Part shown: positions 1-9,963 of the stretch, in pieces | Layout of the letters: each line of letters starts with the position of its first letter | Numbering within the stretch: the first letter of the stretch is position 1 | Notes under the pieces: generated by a model | What the model saw: the letters and a program-made list of their open reading frames with translations, nothing else | Databases searched by the model: none | Told to the model about the DNA's origin: nothing | Program-made: the position numbers and the translations under genes | Assembly (NCBI GenBank): GCA_023954715.1 | Contig: JAGSHD010000006.1 | Location: 132,515 to 196,514, forward strand | Reading direction: 5' to 3' | Source: Candidatus Cloacimonadota bacterium | GTDB lineage: Bacteria > Muiribacteriota > UBA6191 | DNA: 64,000 nt

Positions 1-1255
1 ATTTAAACTCTATCTCTGGCCGATTTAGCAACGATTGTAGTGCATTGTACACTTGATCGTGATAAGACTCTTGATAACTTGTAGACTCCCCTAAAGCAAT
101 GATGGAGTTTCCGAGTACTCGATTATTTTCATCATTTAAAAAGGATAAAAAATAGCTTCTTTCCTTTAAATCCCAGATAAGACGTAAGCCCTCTACAGCG
201 TTCGCCCTAACTCTAGGATCTGGATGTTGAACAAATCCATCTAATAATCTTTGTTTTTGATTGGTACCAATATCTGCGTTGGATAACTGAGCTAAACAAC
301 TAGCTATTTGTTTTTCATCGTTAGAGTTTTGAATAGTAGAAACAATGACTTCATACTCTAGATTTAGCTCAATGGTATCTACTTCTTCTATACCCCATTC
401 TTCTTCTAGGGCTTCTTCTAGAATAGATTGATGATCTGCATACTTTGGACTCTGAAGCATTTTAGCTGCTGTATCAAAAACTTCATCAAACTCAGACGAA
501 CTTAATTTTCTAAGAAGAAGTGCAGCATAACTTACTGACAAGTTATCGATAACTTTTAAAATAGCCAATTGATATGGCCCTTGATGAGAATCTGACATTC
601 TAAACAAAATTCGCTTTAACAAAGCTTGATCCATCTTTTTTAGGGTTTCGATAGCATAGGCTACTATCTCTTCATTATCACTTAAAGTAAGACGGCAAAT
701 CATAGCAATAGAGGACATTGTCTCAAATCGTACTACGGTTTCTATCAGATATTTTTGAATTTCAACTGACTTATCATGAAAATAAATCACCATTTCTTTC
801 AAATATAAGGGTCCCATTAAAGAGATTAGCTTAATATTTGCTTTTTTATAAAATGGATCTTGCCATTTCACTTCCAGATCTTGCATTAAGCGAAAAAAAT
901 CAAAGCGTCGATTTTGAATTATATATGAAAAAGCGCGACGAACCATGGACTCATCATCACTCAACAGACTTTGTTTAATTCGCTTCGATGTATCATCATG
1001 ATGGGACGATATAAAAATAGAGTTGTCTACAGCAAACTGTCTAACCAAGTTTATGGCATTTTTAATATGATACTTGATCTTAAGGTCTGACTCTCTCTCG
1101 TAAGCATCTTGCAATATTTGCTCTTTATCATCTACTGCAGAAACTACTAGTTCTGCAACAGCCAAATATCTAACTTTTGACAAACCTGATTTGAGATCTT
1201 TGGAAATCGCCTCTAACATACGTGGCGGCAATACCGTTTTCATATTAACCTTCAT
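1..1255 (-). CDS. HEAT-repeat protein (PBS-lyase HEAT-like), partial; C-terminus lies beyond window start
   Basis: Not in the supplied ORF track, which appears to list only complete ORFs. My own minus-strand translation from ATG at 1253-1255 gives MKVNMKTVLPPRMLEAISKDL... and stays open to position 1. Contains HPDPRVRANAVEGL-type HEAT motifs. Confidence 0.6.
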   Translation of the reverse strand, partial: MKVNMKTVLPPRMLEAISKDLKSGLSKVRYLAVAELVVSAVDDKEQILQDAYERESDLKIKYHIKNAINLVRQFAVDNSIFISSHHDDTSKRIKQSLLSDDESMVRRAFSYIIQNRRFDFFRLMQDLEVKWQDPFYKKANIKLISLMGPLYLKEMVIYFHDKSVEIQKYLIETVVRFETMSSIAMICRLTLSDNEEIVAYAIETLKKMDQALLKRILFRMSDSHQGPYQLAILKVIDNLSVSYAALLLRKLSSSEFDEVFDTAAKMLQSPKYADHQSILEEALEEEWGIEEVDTIELNLEYEVIVSTIQNSNDEKQIASCLAQLSNADIGTNQKQRLLDGFVQHPDPRVRANAVEGLRLIWDLKERSYFLSFLNDENNRVLGNSIIALGESTSYQESYHDQVYNALQSLLNRPEIEFK

Positions 1256-1711
1256 AAATATTCTTACCACATCCTATGATGTTTGGTCCTTATCTTTTAG
1301 ATTTTCTTACATATAAGCAGAAGTCAGTTTTTAAGCCTTAGGCTAAGTATATACTTACAACTAGCAAAATTGTAGAGTAGATTATAAAAATCTTGTTCTT
1401 AACTCAAGATATTAAAGGATCTACTCTTTTTTGTTTCTTTGAACAAAATATTTACGTGAATATTCTCAAATACAATGACAATGCAGAAAGCTTTATAATC
1501 ATACAAAAAAATGCCATTTTAAAAACTTTTGTCTTCACCTATTCAAACAATATATTCTAGCTTATTTTTTGTCAGTCTTTCTATGTCAATTTAACTCAAA
1601 TGCTTCGAAGAGGACAAAGAACTAAAATTTGTTTACGCCAAATGCTCTTGATTTTAAGCCTAGCTAAATCAATTCAACTTTAGGCTCACTACTATCTATT
1701 CGGAGGAAAAA

Positions 1712-3484
1712 ATGAAATATTCCATTCTAATGTCGCTTAGTATCGCTTTTGCAATACTATTAAACGGTTGTGGACTATCTACTACAACAACTAATTTAGG
1801 AGGAACATTAGCAAAAAGTGTTTCTGTAACTGGTACTGCAAAAAAAGGTAAGTTTAGCAGTTTAACCATTCGTCTTAAAGATGCTATGAACCCTACTTCT
1901 GTATTAGGTACTGGAACTTCTACCAATGGAGATAGTGGTAACTTTAATGTAACTTTTGCCACAGGTGTGACAGTACCTAATTTTGTACTGGTCGAAGTTT
2001 TCGGAAATTATGCTAGTGAAGCTGGAATCAATGCATCTGTTGCAGACTCTCAGCCATTAAGCACAATCATTGAAGTAGGTACATCAAATGTAACTAATAT
2101 TGCCATAACACCATTTACTAGTTTGTTGGTTTCACATATGGGATCGAACATATCTACTCAAGCCTTGTCTGATGCTAAAAGCTTTGTCGCTAATACTTTC
2201 GATCTTCAAATATCTACCATTACCGATGCTACTAAATTGTTAGATACTACGGTTAACAGTAACGAAAAAAGAAAGTACAACATGCTTTTGGCTGGTATTT
2301 CACAATTGGCTGATGACAAAAAAGCTACTGATAATAAAAATGGTATAGACACCGTTCTTCGACAATTCGGAGCACAAGCTAAAGATGGTTTTCTTACTGA
2401 TGAATTAATGGGAACTTTATCATCATCTTTAACAAAAATTTCTACAAATCAACTATATAGAAACTCTAGTGAAGGACAGCTGTTCTATCAGTCAGGAATC
2501 TCTTCAACTTTAGTAGATAAGATTAAAATGGGTAGCTCATGGAGCAAAACAAAAATTTCGTCTTCAAATCCAGATCGAGCTGGTCATGTTGGGTTTACTA
2601 ACATTAACAATAGTAGCTTCTATTTTTGGGGTGGAAAAAGTGCTGATGCAAATTCAACAGTAACCAACACTGTTTTAAGATACAATAGCAACTTTGATCT
2701 TCAAACTGCAAATACTTGTGGTATGGCTAGAGCTTATCACTCTATAGCAATGGCTCCTAACAACACAATGGCATACGCCTTTGGTGGAGTCGATGCTTCT
2801 GGTAATGTTACCAATGCTCTAGATATTTTTAGCCTCAGTTCTCTTAACTGTGTAGGTAACACAACTTATGGTGGACTCGCTAGAAGTCATCATTCTTCAT
2901 TTTATTACAATGATAAGATCTATTTTGTAGGAGGAATGGGAACATCTACAGCCGTCACTGATGTTAATATCTATTCAATTTCTAGTGGTACTTGGTCTAC
3001 AGACTCAATCACTGGTCCTGAGGTAGCAGCAAGATTTGGTCATTCAACTGTTTGGGATAAAACAATGAAACGAGCTCTAACATGGGGTGGAACAGCAGCA
3101 CAAAGTCATCAAAATACGGTACATAGTTTAGCCTTCACTGGTAATTCTATTGTATCAAGCACAATTGCAACGGGTGGGCTAGCTAGAACATCTCATTCTG
3201 GAGACTTTTATGACAATGGTATAAATCCAAGAATGATCTTGTTTGGTGGTGCTGCTGGGCAGTCTGATACACTTACCAACTCTATGCAAATACATGATTT
3301 CTCTAAAAATACATTTAATACTATTCCTTCTAAGGCAACTCCAAAGAAGAATATGGCCAATATTCAATACTATGATTTCTCTAAGCAAACACATAAAATT
3401 GTATATTTTGGTGGGGAAAAAGCTAGTTCAGTTATAACTAATGAAATAGATATTTTTACGATTCCACGCTCTAGTAAGAGATAA
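1712..3484 (+). CDS. Lipoprotein with C-terminal Kelch-like beta-propeller (six GG-doublet blades)
   Basis: Signal peptide plus lipobox LLNGCG. Repeated FWGG / AFGGVD / YFVGG / LTWGG / ILFGG / VYFGG blade motifs. Confidence 0.75.
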   Translation: MKYSILMSLSIAFAILLNGCGLSTTTTNLGGTLAKSVSVTGTAKKGKFSSLTIRLKDAMNPTSVLGTGTSTNGDSGNFNVTFATGVTVPNFVLVEVFGNYASEAGINASVADSQPLSTIIEVGTSNVTNIAITPFTSLLVSHMGSNISTQALSDAKSFVANTFDLQISTITDATKLLDTTVNSNEKRKYNMLLAGISQLADDKKATDNKNGIDTVLRQFGAQAKDGFLTDELMGTLSSSLTKISTNQLYRNSSEGQLFYQSGISSTLVDKIKMGSSWSKTKISSSNPDRAGHVGFTNINNSSFYFWGGKSADANSTVTNTVLRYNSNFDLQTANTCGMARAYHSIAMAPNNTMAYAFGGVDASGNVTNALDIFSLSSLNCVGNTTYGGLARSHHSSFYYNDKIYFVGGMGTSTAVTDVNIYSISSGTWSTDSITGPEVAARFGHSTVWDKTMKRALTWGGTAAQSHQNTVHSLAFTGNSIVSSTIATGGLARTSHSGDFYDNGINPRMILFGGAAGQSDTLTNSMQIHDFSKNTFNTIPSKATPKKNMANIQYYDFSKQTHKIVYFGGEKASSVITNEIDIFTIPRSSKR

Positions 3485-3507
3485 TAGTTATCACTTAATT
3501 TAGTTCA

Positions 3508-3540
3508 AAAGACCTCTCATTTTTGGGAGGTCTTTTTTTA
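3508..3540 (+). terminator. Rho-independent terminator after lipoprotein gene
   Basis: AAAGACCTC...GAGGTCTTT hairpin followed by a T-run. Confidence 0.7.
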
Positions 3541-3667
3541 TTGCTCCACTAAAACTCAAATAGTCGTGAACTTATTCAATTCTAGACTTTGTAAACAAAC
3601 ATTGATCTTCAATGCGTGTTACAATGGTACTAATTATACAAAATTGTTATGAGTAAAAGGATTTATA

Positions 3668-4174
3668 GTGGGTCTGAAAAACTACTTAATTGAAGGTGTT
3701 TCTTGCGTAGGTAAAACCACAGTATGTGAGCAACTTATAAAACGTGGTTATCAGGGTATCCATGGTGATCGTGAATTAGCCTACCAAGGAGACCCTTTAA
3801 CCGGAGTTGCAATGAATACTTCAGACCATACACATCATATTTGGGATGTAGACAAAGTCAAACATTTGATCTCCGACAACTCAAACCAAGCCACTTTTTT
3901 TTGTGGAGGGTCTAGAAACTTTAATCAATTTATTCACCTTTTTGATCTAGTCTTTGTACTTGATATTGATAGACATACTCTGATTGATAGACTTAAGCTT
4001 CGTCCGGCAGATGAATGGGGAGGACAACCATCTCAAAAAGACTTTATATTAGATTTACATAGTACTAAAGAAGATCTCCCTAAAGATGCCATAGTAGTTA
4101 ATTCTGCGGGTTCTATCGAGAACATTGTTAACGAAATTCTTTCAAAAACTGGTCTTTCATTAACAGCAACTTAA
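3668..4174 (+). CDS. P-loop NTPase / nucleotide-kinase-like protein (GTG start)
   Basis: Walker A GVSCVGKTT near N-terminus. AAAGGA RBS 9 nt upstream of GTG. Confidence 0.6.
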   Translation: MGLKNYLIEGVSCVGKTTVCEQLIKRGYQGIHGDRELAYQGDPLTGVAMNTSDHTHHIWDVDKVKHLISDNSNQATFFCGGSRNFNQFIHLFDLVFVLDIDRHTLIDRLKLRPADEWGGQPSQKDFILDLHSTKEDLPKDAIVVNSAGSIENIVNEILSKTGLSLTAT

Positions 4175-4230
4175 AAAGCCTTAGATACTAAAAGTACTTT
4201 TAACTCATAATACAAAAGTACAATGAATTG

Positions 4231-4674
4231 TTAGTTTTTACATTCAGCCTTACCTACGATGACTTCGGAAACCTCATTTTTGAGACCTTCATAAGAGCCG
4301 TGATGCAAACAAAACACATTTCCCATCTGATCTCTTCTATAATGATCTGACTTTTGACATTCGGGGTCTTTTGGTACACTTGTTATATACTTATGATCTA
4401 CTAGATCTGTCCAACTTTTTTTTGATGTGACAATCAACTTTTTAGATAAGTCCTCATCATACTTATTAGCCTGTTTTGCTAGATTTTGTTGAATTAAAAA
4501 ACACTCTTTTCGACCCAGTCGCTCTGGAGACTGCTCTTTTTGTCTTGAATAAAATGAAATAAACGTAAAACCAATAAATGATGAAGCTGTTATCACAACA
4601 AGTAATTTGTTAAAGAATTTATCATCAAAATCATCTTTATTTTTTTTTTCGTCCATAATAGTTTTTGCTTTCAA
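4231..4674 (-). CDS. Hypothetical membrane-anchored protein, 4 Cys in C-terminal half
   Basis: ORF with an N-terminal TM segment LLVVITASSFIGFTFISF. No recognisable domain. Confidence 0.45.
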   Translation of the reverse strand: MKAKTIMDEKKNKDDFDDKFFNKLLVVITASSFIGFTFISFYSRQKEQSPERLGRKECFLIQQNLAKQANKYDEDLSKKLIVTSKKSWTDLVDHKYITSVPKDPECQKSDHYRRDQMGNVFCLHHGSYEGLKNEVSEVIVGKAECKN

Positions 4675-4821
4675 AGATTTAAACCCTCTTTAAAGCCTAA
4701 ATCATAATATTAATCTAAAAGACGATCACTCAAGTTAAACAAGATCAAAAACCCTTTGCAATTGAGTAAGTGTCGTTTGTATAATATCAAAAGTAAAAAT
4801 TACTGAAAGCTTGTACCAAAC

Positions 4822-5097
4822 ATGGACCATAAAAAAACTAAAAACGCTATTGTATTTGCAACTTTTTTATTTGGGATTTGTTTTTTACATAGTGTTTTAA
4901 CTACAGTGGAGCTCTCTGTACTTTTATACAACTTTTATAAAAATGTTGCTATTTTAGTTTTCGCCCCCTTTATTTACCTACTTCTAAATAGTAAAAAAGA
5001 AAACGTTCAAAACTTAGATATTAAATATTTTATCTTCTCTATGCTGCTTGTTCTATATTTAATTAGTCGAGTTTTAAGAGAAGGCTTTCCGAGTTAA
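4822..5097 (+). CDS. Small hypothetical membrane protein
   Basis: 91-aa ORF with two hydrophobic helices. Weak call. Confidence 0.3.
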   Translation: MDHKKTKNAIVFATFLFGICFLHSVLTTVELSVLLYNFYKNVAILVFAPFIYLLLNSKKENVQNLDIKYFIFSMLLVLYLISRVLREGFPS

Positions 5098-5271
5098 ATA
5101 CTTCTTTTTATTTATCCCATCTAGTTCTATCAAAAAACATCCAAAAACTTATAATTATACCTATCATACATAAGATCATTTTAAGTGGTATATGGTATAA
5201 TTCATGCGCTAACTATACAAAAGTTAAACATCCATACATACCGTTTCGGTAAGTGTGAAGGAGGCACTGCC

Positions 5272-6117
5272 ATGATTAAGAGCATATTAGTAGGACTCGA
5301 CTCCTCAGAAAACCAAACCATTGTCAGAAAGTACGCAGTTGAAATAGCTAAGTTTTTAAAAGCTAAAGTAAATGGTGTACACGTAATTGACATCCGAAAA
5401 CTATATAGCCCATTTGTTGAAGATATATTTTACTCTGCCGGAATGGCATCTGTTCCAGATTTACAAAATTTAGTAAAAAATCGTCTCGAAAAAGTCAGTG
5501 AAGTGTTAAAAGAAGGCTATCAAGCAGCACTCGAAGAGCATGAAGTTGAAGGAGAGTTTTTTTCAAAACAAGGTAATGTGTCTGAAGAGATTGCCAACCA
5601 AGCAAAAAGCCATGATCTATTAGTAATAGGTACAAAAGGAGAACATACCTCCATATCTGAGATACTTTTAGGATCTACTTTTTCAGAGCTCATTTTAGGA
5701 GTGAATAAACCTGTTATAGTTGTACCAGAGCAATGTAAAAAGTTTTATATAAAAAAGATTTTGGTTGCTTATGATGGCAGTACAAACTCCAATCAAGCAT
5801 TAGAAATTATCACACAGTCAGTCAAAGATCATCAATTTGAATTAGAGATTTTAGTTGTGGAAAACTCTAACATTGAAGATGCTCAATCAGCCCTGCAAGA
5901 AGCAGAATGCTATTTAAAAAATCATGAAGTAAAGTACAATTGTCGCATCGTCAAAGGCCCTGCTTGTTCATGTATTTTAGAGCATGCTAAAGCTACAAAA
6001 TGCGATATGATCGCTATTGGCTCTTATAGCTCAAGTGCAATCAAAGATTTCTTCATAGGAAGCGTAGCTAGAGAACTACTCGAAGAGACTACCCTTCCCA
6101 TGCTGTTGGCCAACTAA
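5272..6117 (+). CDS. uspA: Universal stress protein, tandem UspA domains
   Basis: GGAGG RBS before ATG at 5272. Usp motifs LLVIGTKGE and KPVIVVPE. Second Usp repeat present. Confidence 0.8.
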   Translation: MIKSILVGLDSSENQTIVRKYAVEIAKFLKAKVNGVHVIDIRKLYSPFVEDIFYSAGMASVPDLQNLVKNRLEKVSEVLKEGYQAALEEHEVEGEFFSKQGNVSEEIANQAKSHDLLVIGTKGEHTSISEILLGSTFSELILGVNKPVIVVPEQCKKFYIKKILVAYDGSTNSNQALEIITQSVKDHQFELEILVVENSNIEDAQSALQEAECYLKNHEVKYNCRIVKGPACSCILEHAKATKCDMIAIGSYSSSAIKDFFIGSVARELLEETTLPMLLAN

Positions 6118-6307
6118 AAATTTTATGTGCGTAACATCTATTGGTTTTACGCACATAAACTTTTCTTATTTTTGTAAGTACTAACAAAAATAAATATTTC
6201 TACTTTTGGCTATTGCCAAATTCTATAATTTCCCTATAATCAGGACACAATTAATTTGTACTTTTGTTACATTTATAAATATTTACTCAATTTACTTGGA
6301 GAATTTA

Positions 6308-7516
6308 ATGAAAAAACTACTACTCAGTTTAGCTGTATCCACTGCATTAATTACACCTCACTTTGCTCAAGATGACTTTAAGCCTCTTGAAGGAAAGCGA
6401 TATATTACAGTAGATAGTGATGCTTCCAAGCAGATTAAAAAACAATTTGGTAAAGATGCTGCTATCATTGATGATAGCTACGGAGTTAGCTTAATTCACA
6501 TAGAAGCAAATAAAATCACTGAACTTTCTGAATTTATGCACAGAAACTTCAGAAGATGTGGTGGTTTTATCGTCCACGAAGAAATCGAAGAAGGTATCCA
6601 AACTCTTCGAACAAATGGCCAAAAAAGATGGGCTAATGCTCACCAATTTATGGATTATCAAATTGATCAAGAAGATATCGTTAAACCAATGATTCAAGAA
6701 GTAGAGCAAGAAAACATTGCCAACACTATCGTTGACCTAAGTAAATTTCATAATAGATACTATAAGTCTCAAAGTGGTGTTGATGCTGCTTATAGCATTA
6801 GAGACTCATGGGTAGAGCTTGGTAAAAATCGTGAAGACTTTAAAGTCGAAGTAGTGAAACATTCTGGTTTTCCTCAACCAAGTATAATTGCTACATTAGA
6901 AGGATCAGAGCATTCGGATGAAATCGTAATTATTGGCGGACATTTAGACTCAATCAATGGCCAGTGGGGTGCTGCAAAACGACGTGCTCCTGGTGCTGAT
7001 GATAATGCATCTGGTATCGCTACAATTTCTGAAATCATTCGAGTTGCTATGAAACACAACTACAAACCTAAAAGAACTATCAAATTCATGGGGTATGCTG
7101 CAGAAGAAGTAGGGTTAGTCGGTTCAAAACATATCGCTAATGATTATAAGCGTAATAACAAAAAAGTTGTTGGTGTTATACAGTTAGATATGACAAATTA
7201 CCAAGGTGATGAGACAGACATCTTATTTATGGATGATTATACTAATAAAGCTCAAAACGAGTTTCTTGGAAGTTTGATCGATCAATATATTGGTGTAAGT
7301 TGGGGTTACTCTCGATGCGGTTACGGATGTTCTGATCATGCTTCATGGCACAGAGCTGGTTATCCAGCATCAATGCCTCATGAAGCTACAATGGATGGAG
7401 GAAATCCTCATATCCACTCCACAAGAGATACTATCTCTCAATCAGGTAGCCATGCAAAACATGCTGCTAAGTTTGCAAAGCTTGGTCTAGCATTTATGGC
7501 CGAACTTGGTAAATAA
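6308..7516 (+). CDS. M28-family zinc aminopeptidase (Vibrio/Aeromonas leucyl aminopeptidase-like), secreted
   Basis: Signal peptide MKKLLLSLAVSTALI. Zinc-ligand blocks GGHLDS, GADDNASG, YAAEEVGLVGS, DM..., CSDHASWH. Confidence 0.85.
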   Translation: MKKLLLSLAVSTALITPHFAQDDFKPLEGKRYITVDSDASKQIKKQFGKDAAIIDDSYGVSLIHIEANKITELSEFMHRNFRRCGGFIVHEEIEEGIQTLRTNGQKRWANAHQFMDYQIDQEDIVKPMIQEVEQENIANTIVDLSKFHNRYYKSQSGVDAAYSIRDSWVELGKNREDFKVEVVKHSGFPQPSIIATLEGSEHSDEIVIIGGHLDSINGQWGAAKRRAPGADDNASGIATISEIIRVAMKHNYKPKRTIKFMGYAAEEVGLVGSKHIANDYKRNNKKVVGVIQLDMTNYQGDETDILFMDDYTNKAQNEFLGSLIDQYIGVSWGYSRCGYGCSDHASWHRAGYPASMPHEATMDGGNPHIHSTRDTISQSGSHAKHAAKFAKLGLAFMAELGK

Positions 7517-7526
7517 TTAATTATTC

Positions 7527-7562
7527 AAGCCCTCATGTTTATCAAACATGAGGGCTTTTTTA
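7527..7562. terminator. Bidirectional terminator between convergent aminopeptidase and XRE genes
   Basis: 14-bp perfect stem AAGCCCTCATGTTT / AAACATGAGGGCTT with a 3-nt loop, then a T-run. Confidence 0.75.
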
Positions 7563-8111
7563 TTTGTCTTCTTGTAATACAATAGCCGAGATGGCAGAGT
7601 TTTTACTATTACCATTGTTTTTGTAACTGTGAGCTTGGTCCCCTTCAAACACAAACACATCCCCCTTGAAGAGATGAAATGGTGTTCCGCTTAAATAGAT
7701 AGAAATTTGCCCTTGAATACAAACTAGGTATTCAATGCTTCCTCGCTGATGTGGGCTGCCCTTCATTAGAGCTTTTGCATTCATTTCAAAACGCTCTAAT
7801 TGCACCCCAGAAATAGCCTGAGGTAACAATTTAAATACTTCTACTGCTCCTGATGATTTTATTAGGGTTTCCATCTCATTAGCCCGATATAAGTGGTGTG
7901 CGCCCTGAACTGGTTCACTAATTAACTCATCTAAACTTACATGCAAAACTTTTGAAACCTTAAGTAAAGTCTCTAAACTAGGATTTGCTGACCCAGACTC
8001 TATATGAGTCCATGTTGTTCTTGGCAGTTGAGCTAACTCTGATATTTCTGCTTGTGACAAACCTTTTTGCTTTCTAAATTTAGCAACATTTTGTGCTAGT
8101 TTTAATTTCAT
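7560..8111 (-). CDS. XRE-family HTH transcriptional regulator with C-terminal cupin domain
   Basis: N-terminal HTH_3 (LSQAEISELAQLPRTTWTHIESG), C-terminal cupin-like half. Confidence 0.8.
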   Translation of the reverse strand: MKLKLAQNVAKFRKQKGLSQAEISELAQLPRTTWTHIESGSANPSLETLLKVSKVLHVSLDELISEPVQGAHHLYRANEMETLIKSSGAVEVFKLLPQAISGVQLERFEMNAKALMKGSPHQRGSIEYLVCIQGQISIYLSGTPFHLFKGDVFVFEGDQAHSYKNNGNSKNSAISAIVLQEDK

Positions 8112-8120
8112 TTCATATCC

Positions 8121-8176
8121 TTGACCGACTATAAATTAACCAATGGATAATATATTGTCTAAACCGACTATATAAA
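8121..8176. promoter_or_regulatory. Direct repeats ACCGACTATA x2 in divergent promoter region (candidate operator of XRE regulator)
   Basis: TTGACCGACTATAAA at 8121 and AAACCGACTATATAAAG at 8160, between divergently transcribed genes. Confidence 0.35.
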
Positions 8177-8225
8177 GACTAATCTATGTTACATATAAGT
8201 CATCAATTAAACAAAGGAAACACAA

Positions 8226-8876
8226 ATGAAAAAAATCCATTCAGATTTATATGTAAGTAAAGCCGAGCAACCATTTAACAATACTGTAACTACAGTGTCC
8301 TATTTTATTAAATCAAATAAAGAAAACTACTTATTGTACTCTTCAAGTCACTTATTAGACAACTTACACTCTAATTTCATAAAAGATAATGGTGGGGTGA
8401 AAGCACAAATTCTAAATCATCGCGATGAGGCGAGTCCTATTCTAAAGGATATTAGAAATACCTTTCAGTCAAAACTTGTTTGTCATGAGTTAGAAAAAGA
8501 TGCAATTACAAATTTTAGTACCATAGATCATTTAATAACCGATGAAACACCACTTTTTGATAATTTTAAAGTAATTCATACTCCAGGTCATGCACCAGGT
8601 AGTACAAGCTACTTGTATTCGGGACAGAAAGGAAATTACTTATTCACAGGAGATACCCTTTATTTGTCCCAAGGTCAGTTTAGGGTGGCCATTTCAGATG
8701 AAAATAGACTACAAATGATTGAAAGTCTGCTAAAATTACAATCACTAGAGGTAGATGGCATATTTCCCGGTTTATATATTGGTGATGAATCTTTTCGATT
8801 GTTTAATACTAACAATGACTTTTCTAAGCAATTACAACCACTAATAACATCACTACAAAACCAAACTTTTCGATAG
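8226..8876 (+). CDS. MBL-fold-like protein with degenerate first metal motif
   Basis: HTPGHAPGS and FTGDTLY match glyoxalase-II-type motifs. The HxHxDH position reads NHRDEA. Confidence 0.5.
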   Translation: MKKIHSDLYVSKAEQPFNNTVTTVSYFIKSNKENYLLYSSSHLLDNLHSNFIKDNGGVKAQILNHRDEASPILKDIRNTFQSKLVCHELEKDAITNFSTIDHLITDETPLFDNFKVIHTPGHAPGSTSYLYSGQKGNYLFTGDTLYLSQGQFRVAISDENRLQMIESLLKLQSLEVDGIFPGLYIGDESFRLFNTNNDFSKQLQPLITSLQNQTFR

Positions 8877-8884
8877 GACTGATT

Positions 8885-9952
8885 ATGAAATTTTTATTTA
8901 ATAACAAAGACACTATTCAAGATATAGATGATAAAAAATGTATTTTTGTGGATGGTACAAGCACTTTGATAGATTATGATAAGGATCTAGAGCTAAGTCA
9001 TTGGATACCGAATCAAACTCCTAAACAGTATAAAGCAGATACCTCTACCCAAGTTTGCTTTAATTTTATAAAAGATGATAAATCAAATAACTATGATTTA
9101 GTAATAAACAACCACGTAGATGCTGATGGTATATTATCTGCTTACGTCATTTTATACCCTGAAATTAGTTTAAAATACGAGTCGATCATCGCAAAAGCCA
9201 CTCTGATGGGAGACTTCTCTGCTTATGGTGATTATGATGTTGCTCATTTCTATATACATTTAGTTGAATGGATAAAAAACTCTCGGGAGTTAAAGTTCAA
9301 CAATCAAGCCATTTTTGAAAAGTGTTTTGAGCATATAAATAAGTACTTTCATAATGAGTACTTCCCCTTTGATACCTTAGTAAAAGACTCTTATGCGAGT
9401 TTAAATGAATCTAGTGATTTACTTGATAGCAAACAAATAATCAGAACCCTTATTCATGACACATTTACCACTTTTTATATCCCGTACTCTGTCTCTATTA
9501 AAAGTAACAAACAAGCAATCTATAAAGCGGGTTTTGACTTTGGGCTAGATACTAGACAACTTTTACCCATGCAATTATTAAATCAACATGATTTTGAACG
9601 ACAAAAACTTATCATCGTAGAAACAATAGACAATCAATATTATTATGATCTATTGCTTCCCGATTACCTCTGGGCAGAGACAAGTACCTTGTATAGACCA
9701 AAGGGAGTACAGTCTACAGACTCTACTAATATTCATATTTTTAATCGTCCAGATTTGACTAAGCTTTGTAATGATCTCAACCAATTAGAGAAAAATGAAG
9801 GCCGATGGGTTTTGGCTGATACTTTTCATCCATTTGCCTCAATCAAAGGTCGTGGGTTTCCTGTTGTATTATCTTTTATGCTAGATGATCAGGTGACTCC
9901 GAGCTCGATTCATCCATCAGAGATAACACAATCCTTGGCGAAGGTACTATGA
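8885..9952 (+). CDS. Hypothetical protein with DHH-like motif I only
   Basis: NNHVDADGILSAY resembles NrnA/RecJ motif I. No DHH motif III found. Confidence 0.4.
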   Translation: MKFLFNNKDTIQDIDDKKCIFVDGTSTLIDYDKDLELSHWIPNQTPKQYKADTSTQVCFNFIKDDKSNNYDLVINNHVDADGILSAYVILYPEISLKYESIIAKATLMGDFSAYGDYDVAHFYIHLVEWIKNSRELKFNNQAIFEKCFEHINKYFHNEYFPFDTLVKDSYASLNESSDLLDSKQIIRTLIHDTFTTFYIPYSVSIKSNKQAIYKAGFDFGLDTRQLLPMQLLNQHDFERQKLIIVETIDNQYYYDLLLPDYLWAETSTLYRPKGVQSTDSTNIHIFNRPDLTKLCNDLNQLEKNEGRWVLADTFHPFASIKGRGFPVVLSFMLDDQVTPSSIHPSEITQSLAKVL

Positions 9953-9963
9953 TATGGGTTAAG

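Noticed and set aside
1696-1962. 88-aa minus-strand ORF overlapping the start of the lipoprotein gene
   Set aside because: Antisense to a well-supported CDS, with no RBS or domain.
5185-5271. Longer UspA start
   Set aside because: A GGAGG RBS sits directly before the internal ATG at 5272.
8226-9952. Possibility that the MBL-like and DHH-like ORFs are one frameshifted gene
   Set aside because: The first ORF has normal stand-alone MBL length, the second has its own start after an 8-nt gap, and no frame continuity is visible.
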